DNA from: an uncultured Gemmatimonadales bacterium
GTDB lineage: Bacteria; Gemmatimonadota; Gemmatimonadetes; Gemmatimonadales; GWC2-71-9
Direction: 5' to 3'
Assembly: GCA_963748815.1 (NCBI GenBank)
Contig: CAVVKJ010000014.1
Coordinates: 128,001-192,000, forward strand
DNA: 64,000 nt
The number at the start of each line of letters is the position of its first letter. The stretch's first letter is position 1. Both the position numbers and the translations under genes were made by a program. This document shows, one piece after another, positions 39,049 to 50,086 of the stretch. The notes under the pieces are model-generated. The model did not search any database, was not told the origin of the DNA, and worked only from the letters and a program-made list of their open reading frames with translations.

Positions 39049-40178
39049 GCGATTTCTATTCGTTGCTGGGCGTCGAACGCGGCGCGACCGAAGAAGACAT
39101 CAAGAAGGCCTACCGCAAGCAGGCGATGGAGCTGCATCCCGACCGCAACTCGGCGCACGACGCCGAGAGCCGGTTCAAGGAGGTCACCGAGGCGTACGAA
39201 GTGCTCCGGGACCCCCAGAAGCGCGCGGCCTACGACCGCTACGGCAAGGCGGGGCTGGGTCGGGGTGGCGGCGGGTTCGAGTACCACCATGTGGACCTGA
39301 CCGAGGCGCTGAACATCTTCATGCGCGACTTCGGCGGCCTCGGCGGATTCGAGTCCCTCTTCGGCGGCGGAGGCGGACGCGCCGCGGCGGAAGCCCGGCG
39401 CGGGCAGGACATCCGGGTTACGGTGAAGATGACGCTCGCCGAGGTGGCCACCGGCGTCAAGCGGACCATCAAGCTCAAGACCCTCGATGCCTGCGAGCAT
39501 TGCGAGGGCACCGGCGCGCAGAAGGGAACCCACGCGGCGGCCTGCAGCACCTGTGGCGGAGCCGGTGAGGTCCGCCGGGCCGCCCGCAGCGTGTTCGGGC
39601 AATTCGTCCAGGTGGCGGCATGCCCCACCTGCGGAGGGGAGGGGACGGTCATCCGTACCCCGTGCGAGGTGTGTCGCGGCGAAGGACGCATCCGGGCCGA
39701 ACGCACCGTCCAGGCGGAGATTCCCGCCGGCGTGTCCACGAACAACTATCTCACGATGCGCGGCCAGGGGGCGTCCGGCCCCCGCAATGGCGGCAAGGGC
39801 GACCTCCTCCTCCTGATCGAAGTCGAGGAAGACGACCGCTTCGAGCGGCAGGGCGAGCACCTCGCCACCGACCTCCCGCTGTCGTTCTCCCAGGCGGCCC
39901 TCGGCGGAACCTTTCCCGTCCCGACGCCGTGGGGCGAAGAGGAGGCCGTCGTCCCCTCCGGGACGCAGACCGCGACCGTGCTCCGCCTGAAGGGCAAAGG
40001 GCTGCCGCGCCTCGGGCAGTCGGGACGCGGCGACCTGCATATCCGCATCAACGTCTGGACACCGGAGCGATTGAACTCGGAGCAGGAGCGGCTCTTTCGG
40101 GAACTCGCTGAGCACGAGGGCGATCCCCCCGGACACGGCAAGGGCTTCTGGTCCCGCATTCGCGAGGCGCTCGGCTGA
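39045..40178 (+). CDS. dnaJ: Chaperone DnaJ
   Basis: J-domain HPD; four CxxCxGxG repeats. Confidence 0.96.
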   Translation: MSDFYSLLGVERGATEEDIKKAYRKQAMELHPDRNSAHDAESRFKEVTEAYEVLRDPQKRAAYDRYGKAGLGRGGGGFEYHHVDLTEALNIFMRDFGGLGGFESLFGGGGGRAAAEARRGQDIRVTVKMTLAEVATGVKRTIKLKTLDACEHCEGTGAQKGTHAAACSTCGGAGEVRRAARSVFGQFVQVAACPTCGGEGTVIRTPCEVCRGEGRIRAERTVQAEIPAGVSTNNYLTMRGQGASGPRNGGKGDLLLLIEVEEDDRFERQGEHLATDLPLSFSQAALGGTFPVPTPWGEEEAVVPSGTQTATVLRLKGKGLPRLGQSGRGDLHIRINVWTPERLNSEQERLFRELAEHEGDPPGHGKGFWSRIREALG

Positions 40179-41017
40179 TGGGATGGTGGGCCGTAGACGT
40201 CTCTCCGTCGGGGCCCTCCACCGGGAACGCGCTGGCGGCGTGGCTGGTCGCCCGCACCGGCCAGGCCATCGAGGAGCGGGACGACGGCACCCTCGTCACC
40301 TTTGCCGAGGACGAGCCCGCGGCCCGTGCGCTGGTGGAGGCTATCGGCGGGAGTCCGGATGGGTCGGCGACTGCTCGCATCCGGCCGCTCGACGTCGTGG
40401 ACTGGTCCACCCGCTGGCGCGACGGGCTTGCCCCGCGCCGGTTCGGCCGGCTGATCGTGGCGCCGTCGTGGACCGACGCGAACGCCGGCGCCGGCGACGT
40501 GGTGGTGGTGATCGACCCCGAAATGGCCTTCGGCACCGGTGAGCATGGCTCCACTCGCGCTGCGCTGACCTTGCTGGAACGCCATCTTTCGCCTGGGCAG
40601 TCGGTGCTCGACCTCGGCAGCGGCAGCGGCATCCTCTCCATCGCGGCGATCCGGCTTGGTGCATCTCGCGCGACCGGCATCGAAATCGACGACGAGGCCA
40701 ACGTGGTGGCCGCCCGAAACGCCGAGCAGAACGGCGTGGCCGCCACCTGCACATTCCTCGACGGCGACGCCGCCCTCCTCGCGCCGCTCCTCGGTCCCGT
40801 GGATCTGCTGCTCTCCAATATTCTCCGCTCCGTCAACGTGACCCTCCTGCCCGCGATCCGGGACGCGCTGTCTCCCGGCGGTCTCGCCATCTTCTCGGGG
40901 ATGGAGGAGGCCGAGGCGCCGCTGTTTCGCCCGGTGCTCACGGCGGCCGGCTTCGAGATCGGGGACGAGGTACTCGACGCGGCGTGGTGGGCGGTGTCGG
41001 CTCGGCGGGGTCGATGA
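40178..41017 (+). CDS. prmA: Ribosomal protein L11 methyltransferase
   Basis: IDPEMAFGTGEHGST, LDLGSGSGILSIAA. Confidence 0.92.
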   Translation: MGWWAVDVSPSGPSTGNALAAWLVARTGQAIEERDDGTLVTFAEDEPAARALVEAIGGSPDGSATARIRPLDVVDWSTRWRDGLAPRRFGRLIVAPSWTDANAGAGDVVVVIDPEMAFGTGEHGSTRAALTLLERHLSPGQSVLDLGSGSGILSIAAIRLGASRATGIEIDDEANVVAARNAEQNGVAATCTFLDGDAALLAPLLGPVDLLLSNILRSVNVTLLPAIRDALSPGGLAIFSGMEEAEAPLFRPVLTAAGFEIGDEVLDAAWWAVSARRGR

Positions 41018-41724
41018 ACGTACTCGTCCCGGTGGGTTCGCTGGAGACGGGGGCGCGGATCGCGCTCGACGCGCTCGAGGTGCACCATCTCCGGGTGCGC
41101 CGAGCTGCGGCGGGGGAGAGTGTTCGCCTCCTGGATGGCGCGGGTGGGGTTGGGGACGGGGTCCTGGAGCTCGGGAAGAAGGGTGCTGTGGCGGTGGTCG
41201 GCGAGGTGCGGACGGAGCGGGCGCCGGTGCCGCTGGTCCTGGCCATCGGGGCGGGGGAGCGGGACCGGTTCGCCTGGGTGGTGGAGAAGGCCGCTGAGCT
41301 TGGCGTGACGGAAATTGTCCCGCTGGAGACCGAGCACACCCGCGGGGTCGCCTCGCGCATCCGCAGCGCGCAGGTCGAGCGGTTCCGTCGCCGGACGCTG
41401 GAGGCGATCAAGCAGTGCGGGGCGACGTGGGCGCCCCAGGTCCGCGAGCCGGTGCCGCTGGAGGAGTTTGCCGCCGAGCCCAGAGGGGGCGTCCGGTGGC
41501 TGGCCGCCCTCGAGGGCAGCGTGCCGCCGGCGGCGGTCGGCGTCGAGCCGGTGACGATTGCCATCGGCCCCGAAGGGGGATTCACTCGCGAGGAGCGGTG
41601 GGCGCTCGAGGCCGCCGGGTTCGCGCCGGTCCGATTCGGCGACCACATCCTGAGATTTGAAACCGCCGCCCTGGCCGGGGCGGTCTATACCAGCATCGCG
41701 CGAAAGCGAGGGCTCGATGGCTGA
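41014..41724 (+). CDS. rsmE: 16S rRNA m3U1498 methyltransferase
   Basis: EKAAELGV, EAIKQC, IGPEGGF, ILRFETAA. Confidence 0.92.
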   Translation: MNVLVPVGSLETGARIALDALEVHHLRVRRAAAGESVRLLDGAGGVGDGVLELGKKGAVAVVGEVRTERAPVPLVLAIGAGERDRFAWVVEKAAELGVTEIVPLETEHTRGVASRIRSAQVERFRRRTLEAIKQCGATWAPQVREPVPLEEFAAEPRGGVRWLAALEGSVPPAAVGVEPVTIAIGPEGGFTREERWALEAAGFAPVRFGDHILRFETAALAGAVYTSIARKRGLDG

Positions 41725-42064
41725 CTGCATCTTCTGCCGGATCGCCGGGGGAGAGATCCCCGCCCAGGTCGTCGGCCGGACCGAGGAGGTGGTCGCCTTT
41801 CGCGACCTCAACCCCCAGGCTCCCGTCCACGTGCTCGTGATACCGGTCCGGCACCACACCGCCGCCCGGGATGCAAAGGGGCCGGAGGGGGAACGGCTTC
41901 TCGGGCGGCTGCTGGCGTTCGCTGCGGAGACGGCAACCTCTCTCGGCCTCGATGCCGGGGGCTACCGGGTCGTGACCAACACCGGCAAGGACGGCGGCCA
42001 GAGCGTGGACCATCTGCACCTGCACATCCTCGGGGGCCGCCCCCTCGGCTGGCCTCCGGGATAG
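41717..42064 (+). CDS. Histidine-triad (HIT) nucleotide-binding protein
   Basis: DCIFCRI, QSVDHLHLHILGGR, WPPG. Confidence 0.93.
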   Translation: MADCIFCRIAGGEIPAQVVGRTEEVVAFRDLNPQAPVHVLVIPVRHHTAARDAKGPEGERLLGRLLAFAAETATSLGLDAGGYRVVTNTGKDGGQSVDHLHLHILGGRPLGWPPG

Positions 42065-42072
42065 GGGGCCCC

Positions 42073-42143
42073 CAGTCCTCAGTCCTCCTTTCCCCTTCCT
42101 CCTTCCGCCCCTCCAAGTCCCAAGTCCCTTTCTCCTTCCTCCG
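42073..42143 (+). repeat. Degenerate 7-nt-periodic pyrimidine tract (CAGTCCT x2, CAAGTCC x2, CCTTCCT-like units)
   Basis: Read directly; includes the heptamer seen at 11.7 and 13.5 kb. Confidence 0.6.
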
Positions 42144-42146
42144 CTC

Positions 42147-42175
42147 TTGCCCCCCGCCCGATCCCCGTCTATGTT
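42147..42175 (+). promoter_or_regulatory. Sigma70-type promoter for rpsU
   Basis: TTGCCC-N17-TATGTT. Confidence 0.55.
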
Positions 42176-42230
42176 TAATGACTGCATAACATTACCGCCC
42201 TGACACGGGCTGGAGAGGGGTGATTTGCTG

Positions 42231-42428
42231 ATGTCCGAAGTCGTCATTCACGATGACGAAAGCTTCGAGCGGGCGCTGAAGCGCTTCAAGAAGAAGTGTG
42301 AAAAGGCCGGGATCCTCTCCGACCTGCGCAAGCACCGCCACTACGAGAAGCCGAGCGAGAAGCGGAAGCGGAAGATGAACGCCGCCGCGCGCAAGGTTCG
42401 CCGTGGGCCCCGGAAGCCGCGTGTCTAA
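42231..42428 (+). CDS. rpsU: 30S ribosomal protein S21
   Basis: [24 protein letters not shown]. Confidence 0.96.
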   Translation: MSEVVIHDDESFERALKRFKKKCEKAGILSDLRKHRHYEKPSEKRKRKMNAAARKVRRGPRKPRV

Positions 42429-42861
42429 TCTGGCAGACGACCTGCACGCCGCGCTGACGGCGGCTCGCAAGTCCAAGAACAAGGACCGTACCCAGCTTCT
42501 GGGGACGGTCCTTGCCGCTCTCAAGAACCGGGAGCTGGAGCAGCAACGCGCCCCGACCGACGAGGACGCGATCGAGGTGCTGCAGAAGGGCGTCAAGATG
42601 CGACGCGAATCGGTGGAGCAGTACGTGAAGGGCGGTCGCGAGGACCTGGCCGCGCAGGAACGCGCCGAAATCAAGATCATCGAGGAGTTCCTTCCGCCAG
42701 CCGCCGACCCCGAGGAGATCCGCCTGGCGGTGCGCGCCGCCATCGCCGATGGAGCAGCCGATATCGGCAAGGTGATGGGGCGAGTCGTCCCGCAGTTCAA
42801 GGGGCGCGCCGACGGCAAGCTCATCCAACAGATCGTCCGAACGGAGCTCTCGCTGGGATGA
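42421..42861 (+). CDS. GatB/YqeY domain protein
   Basis: [33 protein letters not shown]. Confidence 0.92.
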   Translation: MSNLADDLHAALTAARKSKNKDRTQLLGTVLAALKNRELEQQRAPTDEDAIEVLQKGVKMRRESVEQYVKGGREDLAAQERAEIKIIEEFLPPAADPEEIRLAVRAAIADGAADIGKVMGRVVPQFKGRADGKLIQQIVRTELSLG

Positions 42862-45303
42862 TGGCAACCGAACCGGTCGAACAGAGCCACGGGGTGCAGG
42901 CGTTCACGGACGCCGGCACCCCGTCCTCTTTGCCGGGGGGGGCCATCGACGCCGCGCTGGACACGCTCGAATTTGCCCGCGCACTCGACGCCGTCGCGGG
43001 GTGTGCCGCCGGGCCCCTCGGCGCTGCACGCGTTCGCGCCCGCCGCCCGACCAGCGACCTCCGGTGGATCCGGCGCGAGCTCGAGGGCGTGGAGGAGCTG
43101 GCCGTCCTCTGCCGACGAGATACGCCAGTCATCGTCGAGCCCGCCCCGGAGGCTGGCGCCGCGCTGGCGCGGCTCCGGGTCGAGGGGAGCGTGCTCGACG
43201 GCGTCGAGCTGGTGCGGGTCCGGTCGCTCCTCCGTGCCTGCCGGTTGAACGCCGCCGAACTCCGCCGCGTGGCGGAGGAAGCGCCCCTCGCGGCGTCGCT
43301 GGCCGTCCCGGTTCCCGACAAGGCGCTCGACCGCCGGCTCGAAGCGGCGCTCGACGACGACGGCCAGCTGCTCGACGGGGCGAGCCCCGCTCTCGCCGCC
43401 GCCCGCCGCGAAGTCCAATCGGCCCGGGCCCGCCTGATCAAGAAGCTCGAGACCATTTTGCGCGCGGCCGAGGGCGCCGGCGACGCCGGCGTGACCGTGC
43501 GCGGCGGCCGCTACGTGATTCCGGTTCGTCGCGACGACCGCCAGCGCCCCGCCGGCATCGTGCACGACGAGTCGGCGAGCCACGGCACGCTCTTCCTCGA
43601 ACCGACCGCGGCGATCGAGCTCGGCAACGCGCTCCGCGAGGCGGAGTCGGCGGAGGACCGGGAGCGGATTCGGGTCCTCCGCGACCTGACCGGCATGCTC
43701 CGGCCCTCCTGGGCGGAACTCCGCGACGGCGCCGAGATGTGCGTGCGGCTGGACGAACTCGCGGCGCGGGCGAGATACGCCGCCGTGGCGGAGGGGTTCC
43801 GGCCGGAAATGCTGCCGGCGCCATCCGCCCTCTCCATCGTGAACGGACGGCATCCCCTCCTCCTCGCCGCCGGTGAGACGGTCATCCCCTTCGACCTCGC
43901 GCTCGACGCCACCGAGCGCACCCTGGTCGTCAGCGGGCCCAACACCGGCGGCAAGACGGTGCTCCTCAAGGCGGTGGGGCTGATCGGCGCGCTGGCGCAG
44001 AGCGGGATCATCCCGCCGGTCGGCGCCGGAAGCCAGTTGCCGGTGTTCACGCGATTCTTCGCCGACATCGGGGACCACCAGTCGCTGGCCGCGAATCTCT
44101 CGACCTTTTCCGCCCACCTCGCGGCGCTCCGGCAGATCCTGACCGACGCCGACTCGGCCACCCTCGTGCTGCTCGACGAGATCGGCAGCGGCACCGATCC
44201 GGCCGAGGGGGCGGCGCTGGCCGCTGCCGCGCTGCTCTCGCTGACCCGCCGCGGCGCGACGACGCTCGCCACCACGCACCTCGGTGCGCTGAAGACGCTT
44301 CCCGAGCGGGACACCGGGATCGTGAACGCCTCGCTCCAGTTCGACGCCGAGACGATTCGCCCCACCTACCGGTTTGAGAAGGGCGTGCCGGGTCGGTCGT
44401 ACGGGCTGGCCATCGCGAAGCGGCTGGGGATCGACCCGGCGGTGCTCGCGGAGGCCGAGGCCGACGTCCCGCGCGCGGCGCGCACCCTCGACGCCCTGCT
44501 GGCCGATGCGGAGCGGCGGGCGCGCGCCCTGGAAGCCGGGGAGGCCGCCCTCGCGGCCCGCGATGCGGAGAGTGAATTGCGGGCGGCCCGCCTGGCGGCG
44601 GAGCTGGAGGCGGTCGAGGCTCGCGACACCGCGTTGCGGCGCCGTGAGCGCGACGCCGAACGCCGGGCCCGGGAGCAGGCGCGCGCTCACCTGCTCGACG
44701 CGCGGCAGCTGGTGGAGCAGGCGCTGGGGACCGCGCGGGCAGCCGTGGACGACGCGGCGGCGCGCGACGCGCGGCGGCTGGTCGAGGAGGGAATTGCCGC
44801 CGGCGCGCGGGCGATCGCGGAAGACCGACGAGGACATCCGCCTCGAGGGGGCGGGCGTCGTCGTGGGGGCCCGCGTGCGCACCGCGGCCGCCGGCGTCGG
44901 CCAGGTGGTGGAGCTGCGGGGCGACGGTCGCGCGGTGGTGATGGTGGGCGGCCTGCGCGTGGTGGTGGACACCCGGCAGCTCGAGGTGCTCCAGGGCACG
45001 GCGGCCAGGCCGGCGGCCCAGGACCCGGTCCGGACCCATCACGCCCCCGCCATCGAGGCGCCGATGGAGATCGACCTGCGCGGGATGACGGGAGACGAGG
45101 CGGAGGTGGCGACGCTGGCGGCGCTCGACGCCGCGGTGCTCGCGGACCGCCCCTACCTCCGGATCATCCACGGCAAGGGCACCGGCGTGGTGCGCTCGCG
45201 CGTGCAGCAGCTGCTGAGCCGGGATGCCCGGGTGCAGAGCCACGGCTTCGCCCCGTCCAACCAGGGCGGCACCGGCGCCACCGTGGCGGAGCTCAAGCCG
45301 TGA
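42858..45303 (+). CDS. mutS2: MutS2 with C-terminal Smr domain; +1 frameshift near 44821
   Basis: GIVHDESASHGTLF, SGPNTGGKT, DIGDHQS..LSTFSAH, DEIGSGTDP..G, TTH; Smr motifs IDLRGM..IIHGKGTG continue in the +1 frame to TGA 45303. Confidence 0.9.
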
Positions 45304-47078
45304 GCATCCCCGACGACGTGATCGAACAGGTGCGCGACACCGCGGACATCGTGTCGATCGTCGGCGATTCGGTGGACCTGAAGCGCACCGGTTCCGACTA
45401 CCGCGGTCCCTGCCCGTTTCACGGCGGCACGCACCGCAACATGGCCGTCATCCCGAAGAAGGGGATGTTCTACTGCTACGTCTGCCACGAGGCGGGCGAC
45501 GTCTTCACCTTCTTCATGAAGCGGTTCGGGATGGACTACCCGACGGCGGTGCGCGAGGTGGCGCGGAAGGTCGGCATCGTCATTCCCGAGCGGAGCGAGC
45601 GCCAGGGCCCCGACCCCAACGAGCCGCTCTATTCCGCGGCGGCGGTGGCGCACGACTGGTTTGCGCGGCAGCTGCGCGAGTCGCCCGAGGCCGAGGGGGC
45701 GCGCACGTACCTCGGGGAGCGCGGCATCCCGATGGAGATCGCCGCCGAACTCGGGCTGGGATTCGCGCCTCGCCGCACCGAGTTCCAGGCGGCCATGGCC
45801 GAGCTCGGCGTCAAGGACGACGCGCTCGTGGCGGCGGGACTCGTGGTCCGGCGCGAGGACGGCAGCATCGGCCCGCGATTCCGGAGCCGGCTCCTCTTTC
45901 CGATCCACGACCTCCGCGGCCGCGTGGTGGCCTTCGGTGGGCGGCTGCTCGGCCCCGGCGAACCGAAGTACCTGAACTCGCCCGAGACGCCGATTTTCCA
46001 CAAGGGGCGATCGCTCTACAACCTGCACTTCGCGCGAAACGCCATCCGCCGCGAGGAGAGCGCGCTGGTGGTCGAGGGGTATTTCGACGTGCTCCGGCTG
46101 GTCCAGGCGGGCTTCGAACACGTGGTGGCCCCGCTCGGCACCGCGCTCACCGGCGACCAGGCCGAATTGCTCAAGCGCTACACCAAGACGGTTACGCTGC
46201 TCTACGACAGCGATCCGGCCGGGCTCCGGGCCACCTTCCGGGCCGGTGACGAATTGTTGCGCCACGACGTGCGGGTCAGGGTTGCGACGCTGCCGGCGGG
46301 TGAGGACCCCGACACGCTCGTGCAGAAGGGCGGGGCGGCGGCGCTCCAGGCGGTGCTGGACGACGCGGTGGACGTGCTCGAGCGGAAGATCCAGATCCTC
46401 GAACGGAAGGGATGGTTCGAGGGGGTGGAGCACCGGCGCGAGGCGCTCGACCGCCTGCTGCCGACCATTCGCGCGGCGAGCAACGCCATCACCCGGGAGC
46501 TCTACCTCGGCCGGGTCGCGGAGCGCTCCGGCGTCAGCAAGGAGGTCCTCCTCACGGAGGTCGAGTCGATGCGAGTCCACCGGCCCGCCCCATCGTCGCC
46601 GCCGGGACCCCGCCCGGGGGCGCCGGTCCGCCCGACGCTGCGGAAGGGGCGGATGGGCGGCGTCGCGGAGCTCGAACTGCTGCGCGTGCTCGCGGCGAGC
46701 GACGCCTATCGGGCCCGGGCCGCGCAGGAAGTGCGGCGTGAGTGGTTCGAGGTGCCGCTGCACCTCGAGCTGTTCGACGCGCTCACCGCGGCGGCGGAGG
46801 TGGCGGCCGCCGACCTGCCCGCCCGGCTCTCGCCGCCCGCGCTCGAGCTCTGGAGCGACTTGCGGGAGGGGGGCGATGCGCTGACGGAGGCCGTCCTCGA
46901 CGATCATTACGCCAGCGCGTCGGAGGCGCTGGAGTTCCGGCCCCTCTGGCGCGAATACCAGAAGTTGACCGACCCGTCCGAGAAATTGCAGCGGAAAAAG
47001 GAGCTCGACGCGAAGTACGCCCGCGCGCTCCGGAAGGCGATGCATTGGCAGAACCCACGGCCCCGGTCGCCGCAGTAG
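45300..47078 (+). CDS. dnaG: DNA primase
   Basis: GTGA overlap; CPFH..CYVC zinc finger; KYLNSPET; VEGYFD; YDSDPAG; DPD. Confidence 0.95.
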   Translation: MSIPDDVIEQVRDTADIVSIVGDSVDLKRTGSDYRGPCPFHGGTHRNMAVIPKKGMFYCYVCHEAGDVFTFFMKRFGMDYPTAVREVARKVGIVIPERSERQGPDPNEPLYSAAAVAHDWFARQLRESPEAEGARTYLGERGIPMEIAAELGLGFAPRRTEFQAAMAELGVKDDALVAAGLVVRREDGSIGPRFRSRLLFPIHDLRGRVVAFGGRLLGPGEPKYLNSPETPIFHKGRSLYNLHFARNAIRREESALVVEGYFDVLRLVQAGFEHVVAPLGTALTGDQAELLKRYTKTVTLLYDSDPAGLRATFRAGDELLRHDVRVRVATLPAGEDPDTLVQKGGAAALQAVLDDAVDVLERKIQILERKGWFEGVEHRREALDRLLPTIRAASNAITRELYLGRVAERSGVSKEVLLTEVESMRVHRPAPSSPPGPRPGAPVRPTLRKGRMGGVAELELLRVLAASDAYRARAAQEVRREWFEVPLHLELFDALTAAAEVAAADLPARLSPPALELWSDLREGGDALTEAVLDDHYASASEALEFRPLWREYQKLTDPSEKLQRKKELDAKYARALRKAMHWQNPRPRSPQ

Positions 47079-47113
47079 CGGCACCAGGGCCCCGACTCAG
47101 CGAGGAAGACAGG

Positions 47114-47824
47114 ATGACTCCAGATCTTGAAAAGTTGCTCGACCTGCAGGCCAAGGACCTGACGTTGCTCGAGGTGGACCAGCGGCTCGATGCGGTGCTC
47201 GAGGAAGAGCAGGCACTCGACGAGGCCGTCCGGGCCGCCGAAGCCCAGATTGGGACGGCGCAGCGCAGCGTGGCCGAGTCGATCCGGCGGCGGATCGAGG
47301 TGGAGGGCCGGGTCGAGACGTACCGCAAGCTGCAGGAGGGGCGCCGGAAGCGGATCGAGGTGTCGCGCCCCGGGAAGGACACCGCCGCGCTGATGGCCGA
47401 GCTGGATCTCTCCCGCCAGGTGCTGGCGCGCGAGGAGTCCGACTGGTTCCGCGCGCAGGAGGCGGTGCAGGCGCAGGAGGCGCGGGTGGCCGAGGCGGAG
47501 GCGCAGGTCGAGGCGCTCCGGGCAGAGCAGGTCGAGCCGCGCGAGGCGCTGGCGGCGCGACGCAGTGAGCTGGAGTCTGAGCGGGCCGTGGCGCTGGAGG
47601 CGCGGGACACGAGCGCCGCGGCGGTCGCGAAGCCGTTGCGGTCGCGCTACGAGCGCCTCCGGGGCTCCCGGGCCCCGGTGGCGGTGGTCGCGCTGGCCGG
47701 CGATGCCTGCGGCGCCTGCTACACTGCGGTGCCGATGAACCGCCGCGCGCAAATGCGCATGACCGGCGTCGTCGACGGCTGCGAAGGGTGCGGCGTCATG
47801 CTGTATTTCGTCGAAACCTCCTGA
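47114..47824 (+). CDS. Coiled-coil protein with C4 zinc ribbon (DUF164/CT398-like)
   Basis: LLDLQAKD; long coiled coil; CGAC...CEGC. Confidence 0.85.
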   Translation: MTPDLEKLLDLQAKDLTLLEVDQRLDAVLEEEQALDEAVRAAEAQIGTAQRSVAESIRRRIEVEGRVETYRKLQEGRRKRIEVSRPGKDTAALMAELDLSRQVLAREESDWFRAQEAVQAQEARVAEAEAQVEALRAEQVEPREALAARRSELESERAVALEARDTSAAAVAKPLRSRYERLRGSRAPVAVVALAGDACGACYTAVPMNRRAQMRMTGVVDGCEGCGVMLYFVETS

Positions 47825-47837
47825 CCCGGCGCGCCTG

Positions 47838-49571
47838 ATGGTCTCGTCCGCCGCGCCGCGGCCGGTCCGGCTGGTGGTGGCCCCGCCACCGGATGACGCC
47901 CGGCTGTCGGAACTCGCCGCGGCGCTCTCGGTGCCCCGTCCCCTCGCGGCGCTGTTGCTGCAGCGCGGCTTCGAGGACGTCGAGTCGGCGCGCCGCTTCC
48001 TCCGGCCCGCGCTCGACCAGTTGGGCGACCCGCACCAGCTCGGCGGGATGGTCGCGGCCGTTCGGGCCATCGAGACCGCGGTGCGGGCCGGCCAGGTCAT
48101 CCTGGTCCACGGCGACTACGACGTCGACGGACAGTGCGCCACGGCGCTGCTGACCCGCGCGCTCCGGCTGGCGGGCGCGACCGTCGAGCCCTTCGTCCCG
48201 CATCGCATGCGGGACGGCTATGACTTTCGTGACGCCGGGCTGGCGCGCGCGCGCGAGGTCGGCGCCGGGCTGATCGTGACCTGCGACTGCGGCATCACCG
48301 CGGTCGAGACGGTGCGGGCCGCGCGGGCGGAAGGGTTCGAGGTCGTGGTCACCGACCACCACCTCCCCGGGGATGCGCTCCCGCCGGCCACCGCCATCGT
48401 CGATCCGCAGCTGGACGGCGCCGATTCCCCCTATGCCATGCTCTGCGGCACCGGCGTGGCGTTCAAGCTGGTGCAGGCGCTGGTGCCCGCGCTCGGGCTT
48501 CCCCCCAACCTGCCGCTTCACCTCCTCGACCTCGTCGCGCTCGCCACCGTGGCCGATGTGGTCCCACTGCAGGGCGAGAACCGCATCCTGGTCCAGCAGG
48601 GGCTCAAGGTGCTCAACCACAGTCGTTGGGCCGGCCTGCGGGCGTTGATCCGTTCGGCCGACCTCGAGGGCAAGTCCCTCCGGGCGGGGCAGCTCGGGTT
48701 CGTCCTCGGTCCACGGTTGAACGCCGTCGGCCGCATCGGCGACGCCAAGGACGGCCTGCGACTCCTCTTGACGGACGACGACGTCGAGGCGGGACGACTC
48801 GCCACGCAGCTGGAGCGCCAGAACACCGAGCGGCAGGTGCTCGACCAGTCGATCCTGGAAGAGGCGATCGCGCAGGTCGAGGCGACGGTCCAGTTGGAGT
48901 CGGACTGCGCCATCGTGCTCTCCGCCGAGGGGTGGCACCCCGGTGTGATCGGAATCGTCGCCTCGCGGCTGGTGGAGCGGTTCGGCCGGCCGGCGTTCAT
49001 GGTGGCGTTCGACGCGGACCACCCAACGGTGGGGAAGGGGAGCGGCCGCAGCATCTCGCGCTTTCACCTGCGTGACGCGCTGGTCGCCTGTGACGACCTG
49101 CTGGAGCGCTACGGCGGGCATCGGATGGCGGCCGGACTGACGATTCACCGGGACCGGTTCGAGGCGTTCCGCGAACGGTTCGTGGCCGAGGCCAACCGAC
49201 TGCTTCGTCCGGACGACCTCGTCCCGGAACAGCGGGTGGACGTGGTCCTCGGCCTGGACGAGACGACCGCCGAACTCGAGTCGCTCTGCCAGTACCTGGA
49301 GCCGTGCGGGATGGGGAACCCCGGGCCGGTATTCGCGGTGCGCGGCGTGCGGCTCGATGGCGCGCGCGAAGTCGGCAAGGGGCACTTGAAGGGGACCTTG
49401 CGGGCCGGCGCCGCCGCGCTCGACGCCATCGGCTTCGGCATGCTGGACCGCGCGCCGGGCGCGACGGAGTCGGTCGACGTGGCGTTCAAGCTCGAGACCA
49501 ACAGCTACCGGGGCCGCGATTCGCTGCAGGCGCGGATGCTGGCGATCGTGGCCGCAACGGACGCGACGTAG
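47838..49571 (+). CDS. recJ: ssDNA exonuclease RecJ
   Basis: HGDYDVDG, TCDCG, TDHH, PRLNAVGR, GSGRS, GGH..AAG. Confidence 0.96.
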   Translation: MVSSAAPRPVRLVVAPPPDDARLSELAAALSVPRPLAALLLQRGFEDVESARRFLRPALDQLGDPHQLGGMVAAVRAIETAVRAGQVILVHGDYDVDGQCATALLTRALRLAGATVEPFVPHRMRDGYDFRDAGLARAREVGAGLIVTCDCGITAVETVRAARAEGFEVVVTDHHLPGDALPPATAIVDPQLDGADSPYAMLCGTGVAFKLVQALVPALGLPPNLPLHLLDLVALATVADVVPLQGENRILVQQGLKVLNHSRWAGLRALIRSADLEGKSLRAGQLGFVLGPRLNAVGRIGDAKDGLRLLLTDDDVEAGRLATQLERQNTERQVLDQSILEEAIAQVEATVQLESDCAIVLSAEGWHPGVIGIVASRLVERFGRPAFMVAFDADHPTVGKGSGRSISRFHLRDALVACDDLLERYGGHRMAAGLTIHRDRFEAFRERFVAEANRLLRPDDLVPEQRVDVVLGLDETTAELESLCQYLEPCGMGNPGPVFAVRGVRLDGAREVGKGHLKGTLRAGAAALDAIGFGMLDRAPGATESVDVAFKLETNSYRGRDSLQARMLAIVAATDAT

Positions 49572-50086
49572 TGCGGATCGTGGCGGGCGAGTTCGGCGGG
49601 CGCCGCCTGGTCATGCCCAGGGACGCCCGGGTCCGACCCACCGCCGACCGGGTCCGCGAGGCGTGGATGAACATCCTCGGCCCCGCGCTTCCCGGCGCGC
49701 GGGTGCTCGATCTCTTCGCGGGCAGCGGCGCCCTGGGACTCGAGGCGCTGTCGCGCGGGGCGACGCACGCGGAATTTGTCGAGCTCGGGGCCCCCTCCAT
49801 CAAGGCGCTGGGCGCCAACATCGCCGCGCTGGGGGTCGAGGCGCGGTGCCGGGTCCACAAGGGCGACGCCATGCGGTTCGCGGAGACCCTCGCGCCGCAC
49901 GCCTTCGACCTGGCGTTCGCCGACCCCCCGTACGACCACGACGCGGCGGCCCGCCTGGTGGCGCTCTTCCGCCAGACGCCCTTTGCCCGCATTCTTTCGG
50001 TGGAACACCGCGCCTCGCTGGCGCTGCCCGGCGACGACTCCCGCCGCTACGGCGACACGGCCCTCACCTTCTGCTACGCGCCATGA
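49571..50086 (+). CDS. rsmD: 16S rRNA m2G966 methyltransferase
   Basis: RIVAG, RPTADRVRE, LDLFAGSGALGLEALSRGA, DPPY. Confidence 0.94.
   Translation: MRIVAGEFGGRRLVMPRDARVRPTADRVREAWMNILGPALPGARVLDLFAGSGALGLEALSRGATHAEFVELGAPSIKALGANIAALGVEARCRVHKGDAMRFAETLAPHAFDLAFADPPYDHDAAARLVALFRQTPFARILSVEHRASLALPGDDSRRYGDTALTFCYAP

Noticed and set aside
42858..47078. 1406-aa MutS2-DnaG fusion ORF
   Set aside because: The linker is an out-of-frame reading of the intact Smr domain, and dnaG has its own GTG overlapping the Smr stop. One extra base near 44821 explains it.
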